Shown here piece after piece: positions 26,651 through 38,791 of a stretch of DNA of 64,000 bases. The notes beneath the pieces were generated by a model. The model saw only the letters and a program-made list of their open reading frames with translations, was not told the DNA's origin and searched no databases. Source of the DNA: an uncultured Bacteroidota bacterium. Lineage in GTDB: Bacteria > Bacteroidota > Bacteroidia > Chitinophagales > Chitinophagaceae. Position 1 is the first letter of the stretch; every line of letters begins with the position of its first letter. Location of the stretch: assembly GCA_903882965.1 (NCBI GenBank), contig CAIRZD010000279.1, forward strand, positions 12,387 through 76,386, written 5' to 3'. A program made the position numbers and the translations under genes.

Positions 26651-26761
26651 TATAAATGTCCAAAACCCATGCCAATATACGGCATGCTTAAATAAATTAA
26701 CAATGGACTAAAGGAAAGTAATCAAAAACGAAAAAGTAAAAGGCAGCTTTATATTCGGTTA

Positions 26762-27487
26762 TTAAAAGCGCCATCTAAGGCCCACAGTCTCTGGGAAATA
26801 TAACAGGTGGAAATTGGTATTTTCACTACCGTACTTAACGTCATTTGTTGTAACACCGGCATACCGCATTCCCAGTTCAATATTTACACCTAGCCTTGGA
26901 ACGATATAATAGGTGTAGCCCATCTGAAAACCATAACTCCAACCAACCCCCATACCATAATTATACTTGGATACATAAGTAGCTCCTGAATCAGCACCGG
27001 TCTGATACTTACTATATCCGAGCGATCCATCACTGACAGTTGTTATCAAACCCAGCATCACACCAAAATATAGATTAGACCTGTTAAAAGTATGGAAGTG
27101 CGTATAAAACGGGATGTTATAATTAAGTTGGAGTGACTCTGAAATTGCATGATCTGCAATCTGGTAGGTTATTTGTTCTTTAGGCATTGTCTGGCCATAG
27201 GGACCCACTCCAGGTGTCCAGTCTCCATAGGTTTCCCATTTTCTGTTTCCAAGATCAAAAGTCATAAACCAATGTTCATTGAAATAGCGGGTGATCTGAG
27301 CAGAAAAATCATTAACAACATTTGTCCTGGTGCCTTGATAACCCCGGGATGGCCCCAAAGGCCTGGTTATAACACTAAGGCCACCATTTACACCTACTTC
27401 CCAGTCATACTCCGGCGGCAGGTTTTGTGCAGATATACTGCCTGTAAAAACCATCAAAACTGCGACCGTAAGTAAAAATGCCTTCAT
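26762..27487 (-). CDS. Outer membrane beta-barrel protein
   Basis: Signal peptide, alternating aromatic strands, C-terminal VGLRWRF. Confidence 0.8.
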   Translation of the reverse strand: MKAFLLTVAVLMVFTGSISAQNLPPEYDWEVGVNGGLSVITRPLGPSRGYQGTRTNVVNDFSAQITRYFNEHWFMTFDLGNRKWETYGDWTPGVGPYGQTMPKEQITYQIADHAISESLQLNYNIPFYTHFHTFNRSNLYFGVMLGLITTVSDGSLGYSKYQTGADSGATYVSKYNYGMGVGWSYGFQMGYTYYIVPRLGVNIELGMRYAGVTTNDVKYGSENTNFHLLYFPETVGLRWRF

Positions 27488-27634
27488 ACTATAAGCAAAA
27501 TTTAGAAATTAGAATCAAATCTAAGAAATTTATCCGAAACCCCAAACCTATGTACCCTTCAGACATTACATACTAAGTTTACGGCGATGAACTACCAAAA
27601 TATGTATTTATATGAATATGTTATAGGCCGGTAT

Positions 27635-29149
27635 TTAAAAATCTTCATCGTCATTTTCACCTAAGGTCATATTCAGCATGCTACCCAGCATGTCTCCAAA
27701 AGCATACCCACCTTTTTCCACACCTTTTTTACTGATCATAGAAAATTCAGATAAGCCATGCAATAAAAACTCCATCAATAAGCCTGCCTGTGCTTCATCA
27801 GCATTCGGGTAGAATTGTTTTACAGCAGCATAAAGGCCATCAACTTTATATAGATGTGCCAGGTAAGAAGCATCTGTTTCGTCCTGCAATATAAGAAGGT
27901 CATTTCCTTTCCCAAACCAATCTACTATGGGTTGGTAAGGACTTGGTTTTGCTTTCGCTTTTTGAGGATCTTTTCCTTTTTTAAACGATTGTGGATCAGG
28001 GAAGTATTGACCAAACAAAGAGCGGGTAGCCAACCCTAATAGCCGGTACGCCACATTTAAAGGCCCTTCCTGCTCGCCTTCATATACAAGCTCTATCTTA
28101 CCGGTGATGGAGGGTACCACGCCAATAAAATCTGCAATACGCACCATTGTACTTTTCTCACCACTACGTAGTGCTCTCAATTCCGCTGTGCTCACCAGGT
28201 TTTCATATGCAGAAATTGTAAGCCTTGCAGATACACCGCTTTTCTGGTCCACAAATTCACTTTTGCGGGCTTCCATTGCAAGTTGCTCAATCAGTATGCG
28301 GCACATTTCAGGCACTTCCACTCTTTGAAGTTGCTCCGGAAGTATATCTGCTTCCTGTGCTGTGATTGCCTGCGATATTTCTACCGTTTTTGGATAGTGA
28401 GTTATGATCTGGCTTTCAATACGGTCTTTAAGCGGAGTTACAATGCTCCCGCGGTTTGTATAATCTTCGGGGTTAGCAGTGAAGATAAAAAGAATATCAA
28501 GTGGCAGGCGTAGTTTAAAACCGCGTATCTGGATATCGCCTTCCTGTAGTATATTGAACAAAGACACCTGTATGCGGGCCTGTAGATCAGGCAGCTCATT
28601 GATAACGAAAATACCTCTGTGCGAACGGGGTATTATTCCATAATGCAGCGCCTGCTCATCAGCAAAACTCAGTCGCATATTCGCAGCTTTGATCGGGTCT
28701 ATGTCGCCTATCAGGTCTGCTACAGATACATCCGGTGTGGCCAATTTTTCACCATATCTCTGGCTACGGTGCAGCCATGATATAGACGTATTATCTCCTT
28801 TTTCTTCCAGCATTTTGCGTGCATACAGTGACACCGGAGCAAAAGGATCGTCATTTATTTCACTTCCTGTTATCACTGGTATCCATTCATCAAGGAGGTT
28901 TATCATTTCCCGGGCCATACGTGTTTTGGCCTGCCCTCTGAGGCCAAGGAATAAAATGTTATGCCGTGATAATAAAGCCCTTTCCACATCAGGGATTACA
29001 GTATGCTCATATCCAAGTATGGTATTAAAAGGGCTTTGTTTCTGGGCGATGAATTTTTTTAGATTATCGCGTATTTCTTCTTTAACATTCTTACGAACAT
29101 GCCCTGTTTTTTTCAGATCGCCAAAGTTGTTTATTTCCGGTTGTATCAT
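27635..29149 (-). CDS. AAA+ ATPase, Mg-chelatase ChlI/MoxR-related
   Basis: Walker A GLRGQAKT, Walker B FVINELPDL, FTANPEDYTNRG, LKDRI. Confidence 0.88.
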   Translation of the reverse strand: MIQPEINNFGDLKKTGHVRKNVKEEIRDNLKKFIAQKQSPFNTILGYEHTVIPDVERALLSRHNILFLGLRGQAKTRMAREMINLLDEWIPVITGSEINDDPFAPVSLYARKMLEEKGDNTSISWLHRSQRYGEKLATPDVSVADLIGDIDPIKAANMRLSFADEQALHYGIIPRSHRGIFVINELPDLQARIQVSLFNILQEGDIQIRGFKLRLPLDILFIFTANPEDYTNRGSIVTPLKDRIESQIITHYPKTVEISQAITAQEADILPEQLQRVEVPEMCRILIEQLAMEARKSEFVDQKSGVSARLTISAYENLVSTAELRALRSGEKSTMVRIADFIGVVPSITGKIELVYEGEQEGPLNVAYRLLGLATRSLFGQYFPDPQSFKKGKDPQKAKAKPSPYQPIVDWFGKGNDLLILQDETDASYLAHLYKVDGLYAAVKQFYPNADEAQAGLLMEFLLHGLSEFSMISKKGVEKGGYAFGDMLGSMLNMTLGENDDEDF

Positions 29150-29173
29150 AATAGTATATTACTGGCTTTTTTA

Positions 29174-30376
29174 TTAATTATTGTCGTTACCCCTGTCTTC
29201 GTTCATCTTTTTTTCTTTCTCTTGCCTGATTTGCTCTTGTGTTTTTTCTTTTTCGGGAAGGCTTGCTTCATTCACACTACCTGATAGGCCCCTGTCAAGG
29301 ATATTATCCAATTCTTCAACTTTTTTTTCACTTATGTCTGTTTGTTTGAGCAATACATCATAGCCTGTGCCGTTATCATTGTTGGTCCACGAGCCTGTAT
29401 ATATTTTGTCTTTCAGGATCAATTCAAGTGACCCCACCGGCGGGTCATCGTCCATAGTCCATTTTCCATCAGCGCTGTGGTTAATTTCAAGCTTCACAAA
29501 GTTTTTCTGGTCACCGAATTTATATAGCCCGTCATAAGAAAATAATTTGCCTGTACGCTGGTCTTTCATATACCGCACGTATAGTTTTACAGGTATCTCT
29601 TCATCAAATTTACCTTCGTAGTATTTCCTGTCAATAACTTCTTTTCTTATTTTAGAATTATCATCATCGCTGTTGGCGTTTAATTGATCTGTATTTGCTT
29701 TTTTCAGAGAGTCTGTATTGACGGTGTCTACTATCGGATGGGTTGCCAGCCATTCAAAATATTTTCTTTCTTTTGCTTCACTCGCCAGGAATTGGTCTAT
29801 TGAAGTGGCTGCCAAAATGTTTATAACCTGCCCACCGAAAAATGAGCCTTCTATTTTTTGTATCTCGGTGATGGTGATGCAAAAAGTTTGCCTGCCCAGC
29901 AGGTCTCTTACAAACAAATAACCTTTAAACTGCTCCGGGGAAATTTTATCATATCCGGCGAGGTTTTGGGAGAGGCTTTCTCTTTGAAGTTCATATCGCT
30001 GTATCACTATACTGTTCCAGTGTATGCCTGAATCTTCACCTTTCGCAAGTAAGGTAGAAAAGCGGTTTATTATGTTGTGATTATAAAAAGGATCAAAATC
30101 AATAAGGCTTTGAGGATGTTCTTTTAAATATGCTAATTGTTTTTCCGCCTCCGGAGAATGGTCTGAATTATGCATTACCATATGCCAGAGCGTATCGAAA
30201 GGAGGGAAAAGATAATAATAGCCTACTGTATCTTTCCGGCTCAGGCAATCTACCACACTGTTCATCAATTCCACCTCAGTTTTCGGCTCACCCCGGTGCT
30301 TATGTTTCTTAAAGAAGGCATCAGATGTGCCGGCTATAAGCAAACAGGGTAGTAGCAAAACAAAAAAATACCGCAT
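29174..30376 (-). CDS. Hypothetical exported protein
   Basis: 400 aa with a signal peptide; no family recognised. Confidence 0.75.
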   Translation of the reverse strand: MRYFFVLLLPCLLIAGTSDAFFKKHKHRGEPKTEVELMNSVVDCLSRKDTVGYYYLFPPFDTLWHMVMHNSDHSPEAEKQLAYLKEHPQSLIDFDPFYNHNIINRFSTLLAKGEDSGIHWNSIVIQRYELQRESLSQNLAGYDKISPEQFKGYLFVRDLLGRQTFCITITEIQKIEGSFFGGQVINILAATSIDQFLASEAKERKYFEWLATHPIVDTVNTDSLKKANTDQLNANSDDDNSKIRKEVIDRKYYEGKFDEEIPVKLYVRYMKDQRTGKLFSYDGLYKFGDQKNFVKLEINHSADGKWTMDDDPPVGSLELILKDKIYTGSWTNNDNGTGYDVLLKQTDISEKKVEELDNILDRGLSGSVNEASLPEKEKTQEQIRQEKEKKMNEDRGNDNN

Positions 30377-30497
30377 TCATTTTAATTAGGAGCCAATAAA
30401 GTTAAGTATTTAACTTGATTGAAAGACGAATAACCCGATAAGTAAATGTGATACCATCTATACTATATATCAAGCAGTTACACTTTCTGGTTTTGCC

Positions 30498-31742
30498 TTA
30501 AGATATCATATACACCACCAGCCCATCTCTCAGCTTAGGTTCAAACCAGGTGCTTTTCGGTGGCATTACATTGCCACTGTCAGCTATGTCAAAAAGTTGT
30601 TGGATCGTTACGGGGTATAATGAGAACGCCGCCGCCGCTTCGCCGCTATCCACCCTTTTTTCCAGTGCACCCATGCCGCGTATACCCCCTACAAAGTCTA
30701 CACGTTTATCTACGCGAGGGTCTTTAATGTCAAGCAGTTTATCCAGCACATTTTTTTGTAGTATCGTTACGTCAAGTATACCAATCGGGTCTTTGGAGTA
30801 AGTACCCGGCTTTGCAAGTAATTCATACCAGCGCCCGTCAAGGTACATACCTATATGATGCGGGTCCATGGGTTTATAAGCTTCATCACTGGGCAATGAT
30901 ACATCAAAGTCATTCGTAAGCTTTTGCAAAAACTCTTCTGCGCTATTGCCATTGAGGTCCTTGGCCACACGGTTATAATCCATTATCTCCAGTTGGCTTG
31001 CTGGGAAAATACAGGTAACAAAATAGTTGGCAGGCGCATCACTCTTCAGCGCTGTATTATTATCCTGCATGTCTTTGCATACTTTTGCTGCAGATGCTGC
31101 ACGGTGATGACCGTCTGCAATATAAGTGCAGGGCACATCTTCAGAGAAATGACGGGTTATCGCAGCCACTTTTGCAGCATCATTCACTACCCACAAAATA
31201 TGCCTTACGCCATCTGTAGCAGTAAAATCATATTCAGCAGCATGTCCTTTTTTCCAGTCATAAATGATTTGCTGCACGCTGTCGCAATCGTTATAAGCAA
31301 GAAACACGATACCGGTTTCAGCACCGGTAGTTTTAATATGGTTTATCCGGTCGAGTTCTTTTTCCGGGCGGGTAAATTCGTGCTTTTTTACAATGCCATT
31401 ATTATAGTCGTCAACTGATGAGCCACATAAAAGGCCTGTTTGAGAGCGGCCATTCATCACCAGCTCATATATGTAATAGCAAGGTTCCTTGTCCTGGATC
31501 ATTACGCCGTTCTGTATCATTGCATCAAGGTTGGTCTTAGCCATATCATATACCTCCTGGCTATGCACATCCACTTCGTTCGGAAGGTCTATTTCAGCAC
31601 GCGTTACGTGGTAAAAATTATAAGGATCTTTTTTAAATTCCCGTGCTTCGGCAACACTTACTACGTCATAAGGTAGGGTAGCTACTTCGGCAGCTAATTG
31701 TCTTGTTGGCCTCAGCCCTTTGAATGGAGTTATCTTTGCCAT
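30498..31742 (-). CDS. DUF1015 family protein
   Basis: PFKGLRP...LPYDVVS, YIADGHHRAASA, MPPKSTWFEPKLRDGL. Confidence 0.95.
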   Translation of the reverse strand: MAKITPFKGLRPTRQLAAEVATLPYDVVSVAEAREFKKDPYNFYHVTRAEIDLPNEVDVHSQEVYDMAKTNLDAMIQNGVMIQDKEPCYYIYELVMNGRSQTGLLCGSSVDDYNNGIVKKHEFTRPEKELDRINHIKTTGAETGIVFLAYNDCDSVQQIIYDWKKGHAAEYDFTATDGVRHILWVVNDAAKVAAITRHFSEDVPCTYIADGHHRAASAAKVCKDMQDNNTALKSDAPANYFVTCIFPASQLEIMDYNRVAKDLNGNSAEEFLQKLTNDFDVSLPSDEAYKPMDPHHIGMYLDGRWYELLAKPGTYSKDPIGILDVTILQKNVLDKLLDIKDPRVDKRVDFVGGIRGMGALEKRVDSGEAAAAFSLYPVTIQQLFDIADSGNVMPPKSTWFEPKLRDGLVVYMIS

Positions 31743-31852
31743 AAACCTCGATCCCGCCGTGGGGCTTTATTATTTTGTTGCTTAATAATTATTTCCGCTA
31801 ACCAAATTATTACTTTATTTTCATTTGGTGGTACTTCTTCTGAAAAACAATA

Positions 31853-32932
31853 CTACCCGTTTGCCGCCTCAAATTCGCCCATTAACGCCACTAGCTGCTC
31901 TACCGCTTCAAGAGGCACTGCATTATACAGAGATGCTCTGAAACCACCCACAGAGCGGTGGCCCTTTATACCAGTGATGTCATTTTTATCACACAATTCA
32001 AGAAAGGCTTTTTCTGTCTTTGCACTATTTGCAGTGAAGCAAACATTCATCATACTTCTGTGCGGCTTTTCTTTTACATGCGCAGCAAAAACAGAGCTTT
32101 TATCTATTGCGTCATACAGTATTTTTGCTTTTTGCTTGTTTTCTTTTTCTATTGCAGTTATCCCCTTGGCCTTTATCCAGCGCAGCATCAGCAACGATAC
32201 ATATATGCCAAAGACATTGGCGGTGTTAAGTATCGAGTCTTCTTTTACCTGTGCGCTATAATTGAGCATCGGCGGTAATGACCGCACTATTCGCTCCAGC
32301 ATATCCTTACGGATCACGGTTAATGCTGTGCCAGGTGTCCCCAGGTTTTTTTGCACCGCAGCATAAAACATTGAGTACTTTGTATAATCATGTTCACGGC
32401 TGAAAATATCACTGCTCATATCTGCTATAAGCGGCACATTTTTGGTTTCAGGGATGTTGCTCCACTGCGTGCCATAAATAGTATTGTTGGTAGTGAAATG
32501 TACGTAAGCAAGTTGTTTGGGTATTTTTGAAGGCCATGCAGGCAGGTGGCTGTAATTGGCTTCCTTTGATGTCGCCAGCACTTGCACATCTCCATAGTGT
32601 GTAGCATACTCCAGGGCTTCTTCAGCCCAGTGCCCGCTGTCTATATACCCTGCAGATCCATCCGCAGCAAGAAAGTTCATAGGGATCATAAAAAATTGCT
32701 GCCTGCCCCCGCCATGCAGCCACAATACCTCATAGCGGTCATCAAGCCCACATAGCTCTTTCACAAGTTGCTTACTCTCGGCTATTATTTCTGCAAATTC
32801 TTTGCCCCGGTGTGGTAATTCAAGTATTGAAAGCCCCGTCTTTTTATATTTATTTACGGCTTTAGCTGCTTCGTGTAGCACTTCAGGCGGCATTGCTGAC
32901 GGCCCGGCATTAAAGTTGATCTTTGTTAGCAT
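31853..32932 (-). CDS. serC: Phosphoserine aminotransferase
   Basis: NFNAGPSAMP, NNTIYG, ADMSSDIFS, YAAVQKNLG (PLP Lys), KGHRSVGGFRASLYNA. Confidence 0.97.
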   Translation of the reverse strand: MLTKINFNAGPSAMPPEVLHEAAKAVNKYKKTGLSILELPHRGKEFAEIIAESKQLVKELCGLDDRYEVLWLHGGGRQQFFMIPMNFLAADGSAGYIDSGHWAEEALEYATHYGDVQVLATSKEANYSHLPAWPSKIPKQLAYVHFTTNNTIYGTQWSNIPETKNVPLIADMSSDIFSREHDYTKYSMFYAAVQKNLGTPGTALTVIRKDMLERIVRSLPPMLNYSAQVKEDSILNTANVFGIYVSLLMLRWIKAKGITAIEKENKQKAKILYDAIDKSSVFAAHVKEKPHRSMMNVCFTANSAKTEKAFLELCDKNDITGIKGHRSVGGFRASLYNAVPLEAVEQLVALMGEFEAANG

Positions 32933-33512
32933 TGTTTTCTGTGTCTTCTACTGTTGTTATTCCACCGCTTACTGCAAACTTCATAGCTTCGCCGGATGTC
33001 ATATCTTTTACCGGCTTCACATTTTTTCCTTCAGTTATAATTACCCACCCTGATATTGCATAAGCATGCGGCAGGTATACCGCTACTTTATTTTCCATAC
33101 CAAAGTGGGTCATATCCTTTTGGGTCATAAATCCTATTCTCCAAATTTCAGGGTTTACATTCACACATACCCATACAGGTTTGTTAAATCGTTTTTTATC
33201 TCCCACAAATGATTTTAAAATATCCCGTACAGATGAGAATATGTATTTAACCCCCGGTGTGCGCTCCAAAACGTGTTCAAAGGAATCAAACAGCCATTTC
33301 CCCACAAAAAAGCGTGTACCCAGGTACCCGATTACCGTTACAAGAACAATGATTATGATAAAACCAAAACCAAAACCCCGGGGCACAAAAGGCACCATAT
33401 TATCTACCCCACTGAAAACAGAGTAAAGCACATATCCGGTAATAGCTATTGGACTAAGCAAGAGGAGGCCTTGTAAAAAAGACCTTAATAATATAGCTGC
33501 AAAACGACGCAC
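32910..33512 (-). CDS. DUF502 family membrane protein
   Basis: FLQGLLLLSPIAIT, ERTPGVKYIFSSVRD, VAVYLPHAYAISG, EAMKFAVSGG; GTG start at 33512 just after TACCTTTG. Confidence 0.9.
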   Translation of the reverse strand: MRRFAAILLRSFLQGLLLLSPIAITGYVLYSVFSGVDNMVPFVPRGFGFGFIIIIVLVTVIGYLGTRFFVGKWLFDSFEHVLERTPGVKYIFSSVRDILKSFVGDKKRFNKPVWVCVNVNPEIWRIGFMTQKDMTHFGMENKVAVYLPHAYAISGWVIITEGKNVKPVKDMTSGEAMKFAVSGGITTVEDTENNANKDQL

Positions 33513-33649
33513 GGACGCAAAGGTACATAAAAACCCTATCCCCAAAGGTGTATTCCCCCCAATTTAAATGCCGCGTTTTTTCTGAGAGGAATGACAATTC
33601 ATAATACCTTTCGGGTCTAAGACGGTATATTTGTTACCTGTAGTTTTGT

Positions 33650-34786
33650 ATGTCCCGTAATCTTTTAAAATATTTCTTATTTACCATCATTACATGGGTA
33701 AGCCCCTTCAGGGGGGCGGGGCAAGACATTCTGCCATGGTCTGGGTTTGGTATTGAAGCTAGCCCTATTGCCGGCAAAGTAATTAAACATGAAGAAAAAT
33801 TCACCTTGCCTATCCCGGCATTAACAACCGGTCTTGATATAAACCTATTATCTCAGACTTACGGCAAAAATGAATGGCAGCAACGGCGCAGGTATCCTGT
33901 TATTGGCATTGGCTTTAGCTATATTCACTACGGTATTGATTCCATTTATGGCAGCTGTTTCGGAATGTACCCCAATATAACACTGCCTTTATTAAGTGGT
34001 AAAAACCTGGAATGGACACTCCGCCTTGGCGATGGTATTGGATATGTAACCAAAACATACCATCGCACAGCTCCGGTTGATACTATAAATGTTGCCATAG
34101 GTAGCCATATCAATGATTTCGCAATGATCATGACCGATCTGCGGTATCATATTAACCATCATTGGGACGTGCAGATCGGTGCAGACATCACACATATTTC
34201 AGATGGCTCTTATCGTAAGCCCAACCTCGGAATAAACATGATCGGCGCACATATCGGTGTGCGATATTCACCGGTTACATCAAGGCCCCCGCATATAGTA
34301 CGCCAGTTACAGCCGCTCAAAAACCGCTGGCTCCTGGAGGCGCGCGGCACCATGGCATTGGTCTCAAGTTATACCCCGGGTGGGCCTCGCTATCCTGTTT
34401 ATCTGGCTACCGTTTACGCCAGTCGGCGATGGCTCAGTAAAAACAAATTTTTCGGCGGGATAGATTATTCTTATCACGAGAACATTTACGCCTACCTCCG
34501 CAACAATGGCCTCCAGCTTGGGCATGAAGCCGGTAATTCCTACAAAAGCGCCATCATCGCCGGCAATGAATTTTTACTTGGCAGGTTGGGCATCGTTTTA
34601 CAGGCAGGTATTTATCTCAAACAGGCATATCTAAAGCAAGACCCTATTTATGAAAAGATAGGCGGCAATTATTACTTCGTACAAAAAGAACATGGCCCCA
34701 TAAAAGAGTTCTTTTTATGCGTCTATGTAAAGACTGATCTCAGTGTTGCCGAACTCGGCGAGGTAGGCTTTGGAATCGGGTTTTAG
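33650..34786 (+). CDS. Acyloxyacyl hydrolase / lipid A deacylase-like outer membrane barrel
   Basis: NVAIGSHIN, THISDGSYRKPNLGIN motif, C-terminal GIGF. Confidence 0.78.
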   Translation: MSRNLLKYFLFTIITWVSPFRGAGQDILPWSGFGIEASPIAGKVIKHEEKFTLPIPALTTGLDINLLSQTYGKNEWQQRRRYPVIGIGFSYIHYGIDSIYGSCFGMYPNITLPLLSGKNLEWTLRLGDGIGYVTKTYHRTAPVDTINVAIGSHINDFAMIMTDLRYHINHHWDVQIGADITHISDGSYRKPNLGINMIGAHIGVRYSPVTSRPPHIVRQLQPLKNRWLLEARGTMALVSSYTPGGPRYPVYLATVYASRRWLSKNKFFGGIDYSYHENIYAYLRNNGLQLGHEAGNSYKSAIIAGNEFLLGRLGIVLQAGIYLKQAYLKQDPIYEKIGGNYYFVQKEHGPIKEFFLCVYVKTDLSVAELGEVGFGIGF

Positions 34787-34851
34787 TAATATTATTATCA
34801 GGGTTTTTTATAAATGCATACGTCACTGCGAGAAATGAGGTAGTCTCAATG

Positions 34852-34898
34852 CGCTCACTTGATCTCACCCGCTCCCTCAGAGAGGGCCGGGGAGAGGT
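34852..34898 (-). repeat. REP-like element, copy 3, overlapping the last codons of the SRPBCC gene
   Basis: Minus strand ACCTCTCCCCGGCCCTCTCTGAGGGAGCGGGTGAGATCAAGTGAGCG. Confidence 0.75.
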
Positions 34899-35313
34899 AC
34901 CTCTTCAACGACGTTCCGATAATATAAGTCCATCCGCCCATAAAATTCTCTTTTGCAAAATCCTTATGTTCCGTAACAGGGAAGCTTTCCAGCCCTTCAT
35001 GAGTCACCTTCACCCCCGTTTTACTCCCATCATCAAACAACTCAAATGTTACAACCGACATTCCTGTATAACCCTCATATTGCCATGTATGCGCAAGTTT
35101 TTTACCCGGCATTATTTCTGTTATCCTGCATAGATGCTTGAATTTCCGCCCATCGTTTTCTCCCATAAACGAGAACTCAAAATCCACCTCAGCCTTGAAT
35201 GCAGCGAGGTCAAAATACCACTGCTTCATTTTGTCTTTATCGGTTATTGCTGCCCACACTTTATATATCGGGGCATCAAATGTTTCTTCAACTACAACAG
35301 GTGCTGTGTCCAT
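34855..35313 (-). CDS. SRPBCC/AHSA1 domain protein
   Basis: FDAPIYKVWAAITD...MKQWYF, SVVTFELF...TGVKVTHEG...GGW. Confidence 0.9.
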   Translation of the reverse strand: MDTAPVVVEETFDAPIYKVWAAITDKDKMKQWYFDLAAFKAEVDFEFSFMGENDGRKFKHLCRITEIMPGKKLAHTWQYEGYTGMSVVTFELFDDGSKTGVKVTHEGLESFPVTEHKDFAKENFMGGWTYIIGTSLKRYLSPALSEGAGEIK

Positions 35314-35753
35314 TTTTGTTTGCAATTTTTTACACTTGCGGATACAAAAATAGTAACTATAAGCATTAGGGTATAAATGAATTAGACAAATAAATAGCAT
35401 CCAACACTTGGATCAACATTACATCAACACCAGACTACTCAATCTCTACTATTTGCAAAAAGACTTCTTAAACCTGGCCGGGCTTATTTAACTGGGATGA
35501 CGTGTTATTTTTGTTTTCTGGCACAAGTACGTTTTCTGGAAAACCCTACTGGCAAAGGATTTCCAAAAAGGTGTATACACTTCCGCAGGTAGCTCAGATC
35601 TCTTCACGAAATTTACACATTGCTAGATTACTCCGGCTACATTTATTTCTTCACAGTTCTTAGTGTGTTTTTGAACCCTTTTTGTGAGAAAATCACCAAC
35701 CAAATTTAGCCGGCTGGCAGCAAAAAAAGCTCTTTGAAAATTTTGGGATTAGG

Positions 35754-35794
35754 TAACACCTCCCCCTCCTTCGGAGAGGGCTGGGGGAGAGGTC
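35754..35794 (-). repeat. REP-like element, copy 4
   Basis: Minus strand GACCTCTCCCCCAGCCCTCTCCGAAGGAGGGGGAGGTGTTA; shares its GGAGGTGTTA end with copy 1. Confidence 0.75.
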
Positions 35795-36123
35795 TCATAT
35801 TATAAAATATGCGCGCGAAAATATTGTGACATTTTTGAAATATTTTTTGGAACTAATTTGTTGATTATCAATATTTTAGCATGAAATAATAATTTTTACA
35901 AAAAACGCAATATTTTTTAAAGATCAACTGTAAAACTTTATGCTTTTTTACTTGTTTCACAGCTCTATTTTGGCTATTTTTGTAAGGCTGGGAAAGCCAC
36001 TCAAATTAAAGGTTTTTTTATTGCAATTTAACCACAGCTTATCTATAAGTACCGCACCCCAAAATGGCAGATCATCAAAAGGTTTGCGTTACACACTTTT
36101 AGATATTGGCTATTGAATCTTGA

Positions 36124-38109
<1,986 letters not shown>

Positions 38110-38126
38110 TGCTTATTTATTGAAAA

Positions 38127-38169
38127 AAATACTCCCGGTATCGTTCATTTAGAACTACCGGGAGTATTT
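38127..38169. terminator. Bidirectional terminator between gyrB and msrB
   Basis: AAATACTCCCGGTA / TACCGGGAGTATTT 14-bp stem. Confidence 0.8.
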
Positions 38170-38689
38170 ATTTTTCATCAGGTTCAAACTCAAGCACTGC
38201 GGAATTCATACAGAATCGCTGGTGCGTAGGCGGTGGCCCGTCATCAAAAATATGGCCAAGATGAGAGTCACAACGACCACAAAGCACTTCTGTACGGCGC
38301 ATACCATGGGTATTATCGTTTTCATAGCGTACGCTGCCCGGTCTCATAGCTTCGTAGAAGCTAGGCCAGCCACAGCTGCTTGCAAACTTAGCATCTGATT
38401 TAAAAAGAGGATTACCGCACACGGCGCAATAGTAAGTGCCCTTAGTATCGCTTTTCCAGTACTTTCCTGAAAATGCATATTCTGTAACCTTTTCGCGTGC
38501 AATGTTATATACATTCGATGGTAGCACTTTTTCCCACTCTGCATCACTTACCTGCAAATGGGTAGTATCAGTTCGGGAATAGAATGGATTATTTTTGTTT
38601 GTCGACATAGTATCGTTTTTTTGTGCATTTTTACAATAAGAGAAAGAAAGCATAAGGCACATTGCTGTAATTACATTCAATTTACGCAT
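38168..38689 (-). CDS. msrB: Peptide-methionine (R)-S-oxide reductase, exported lipoprotein form
   Basis: TEYAFSG, CAVCGNPLF, SSCGWPSF, RTEVLCGRCDSHLGHIFDDGP, RFCMNS; N-terminal signal ending FSYC. Confidence 0.95.
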   Translation of the reverse strand: MRKLNVITAMCLMLSFSYCKNAQKNDTMSTNKNNPFYSRTDTTHLQVSDAEWEKVLPSNVYNIAREKVTEYAFSGKYWKSDTKGTYYCAVCGNPLFKSDAKFASSCGWPSFYEAMRPGSVRYENDNTHGMRRTEVLCGRCDSHLGHIFDDGPPPTHQRFCMNSAVLEFEPDEK

Positions 38690-38791
38690 AACTATTCATA
38701 ACGGATTTCATATAATAAACGAGCCATAAGAATGAAAGGTTTTTTTTAAATTGTTTTAATACTTTATTAACGGTAATCGGAGATTAAAATT

